From positions 104,470,001 through 104,534,000 of the forward strand of contig NC_043000.1 of assembly GCF_006345805.1 (NCBI RefSeq): a stretch of DNA of 64,000 bases, given 5' to 3'. Below are positions 63,757 to 64,000 of this stretch, one piece after another (position 1 is the stretch's first letter; the number at the start of each line of letters is the position of its first letter). The notes beneath the pieces were generated by a model that did no database searches, was not told where the DNA came from, and saw nothing but the letters and a program-made list of their open reading frames with translations. Source of the DNA: Octopus sinensis. Lineage: Eukaryota. A program made the translations under genes and the position numbers.

Positions 63757-63835
<79 letters not shown>

Positions 63836-63910
63836 TATACACAAACGTACATATAAATACATACATACATATAAGTATATATGTACATATATATATATGT
63901 ATATGCACAC
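63288..63910. repeat. (AAT)n and large (TA)n/(TATG)n microsatellite field
   Basis: Direct inspection. Confidence 0.93.
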
Positions 63911-64000
63911 ACAAGACCACACATTTGTTTGAGGTATAGTCGATGCAATAATAACAATGATAATAATATATAATATGAATAAGAATACATTAAATATATT

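Overview
AT-rich, microsatellite- and transposon-dense animal DNA. The repeat inventory (tRNA-headed SINEs, RTE, R4/Dong, Tx1, mariner, hAT) suggests an octopod cephalopod, probably Octopus; this is an inference from recalled repeat families, not a database result. Two spliced nuclear genes for mitochondrial proteins lie tail-to-tail in the first 22 kb: the last 7 coding exons of ADHFE1 (+, 162-12371, 5' part outside the window) and a complete 4-exon MRPL50 (-, 13720-22268, 220 aa). All introns are GT-AG and in frame. One canonical tRNA-Thr(UGU) sits at 46986-47058 (-). The remaining ~40 kb holds no recognisable host coding exon and consists of nested, mostly dead mobile elements and microsatellites. 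The most interesting signal is a set of retroelements that sit strand-specifically in different microsatellites: several R4/Dong LINEs in (TAA)n, a second R4-type family ending in (ATAC)n, a young Tx1-type LINE splitting an (ATCT)n array, and a ~550-bp non-coding element present twice, both times inside (TAA)n with the same polarity as Dong. Several intronic fold-back structures (a 129-nt hairpin, a 9-bp-TSD MITE, inverted SINE pairs) are candidate dsRNA/miRNA/ADAR substrates. Exon, tRNA and TIR/TSD coordinates were counted by hand; boundaries of degenerate repeats are approximate (tens of bp).
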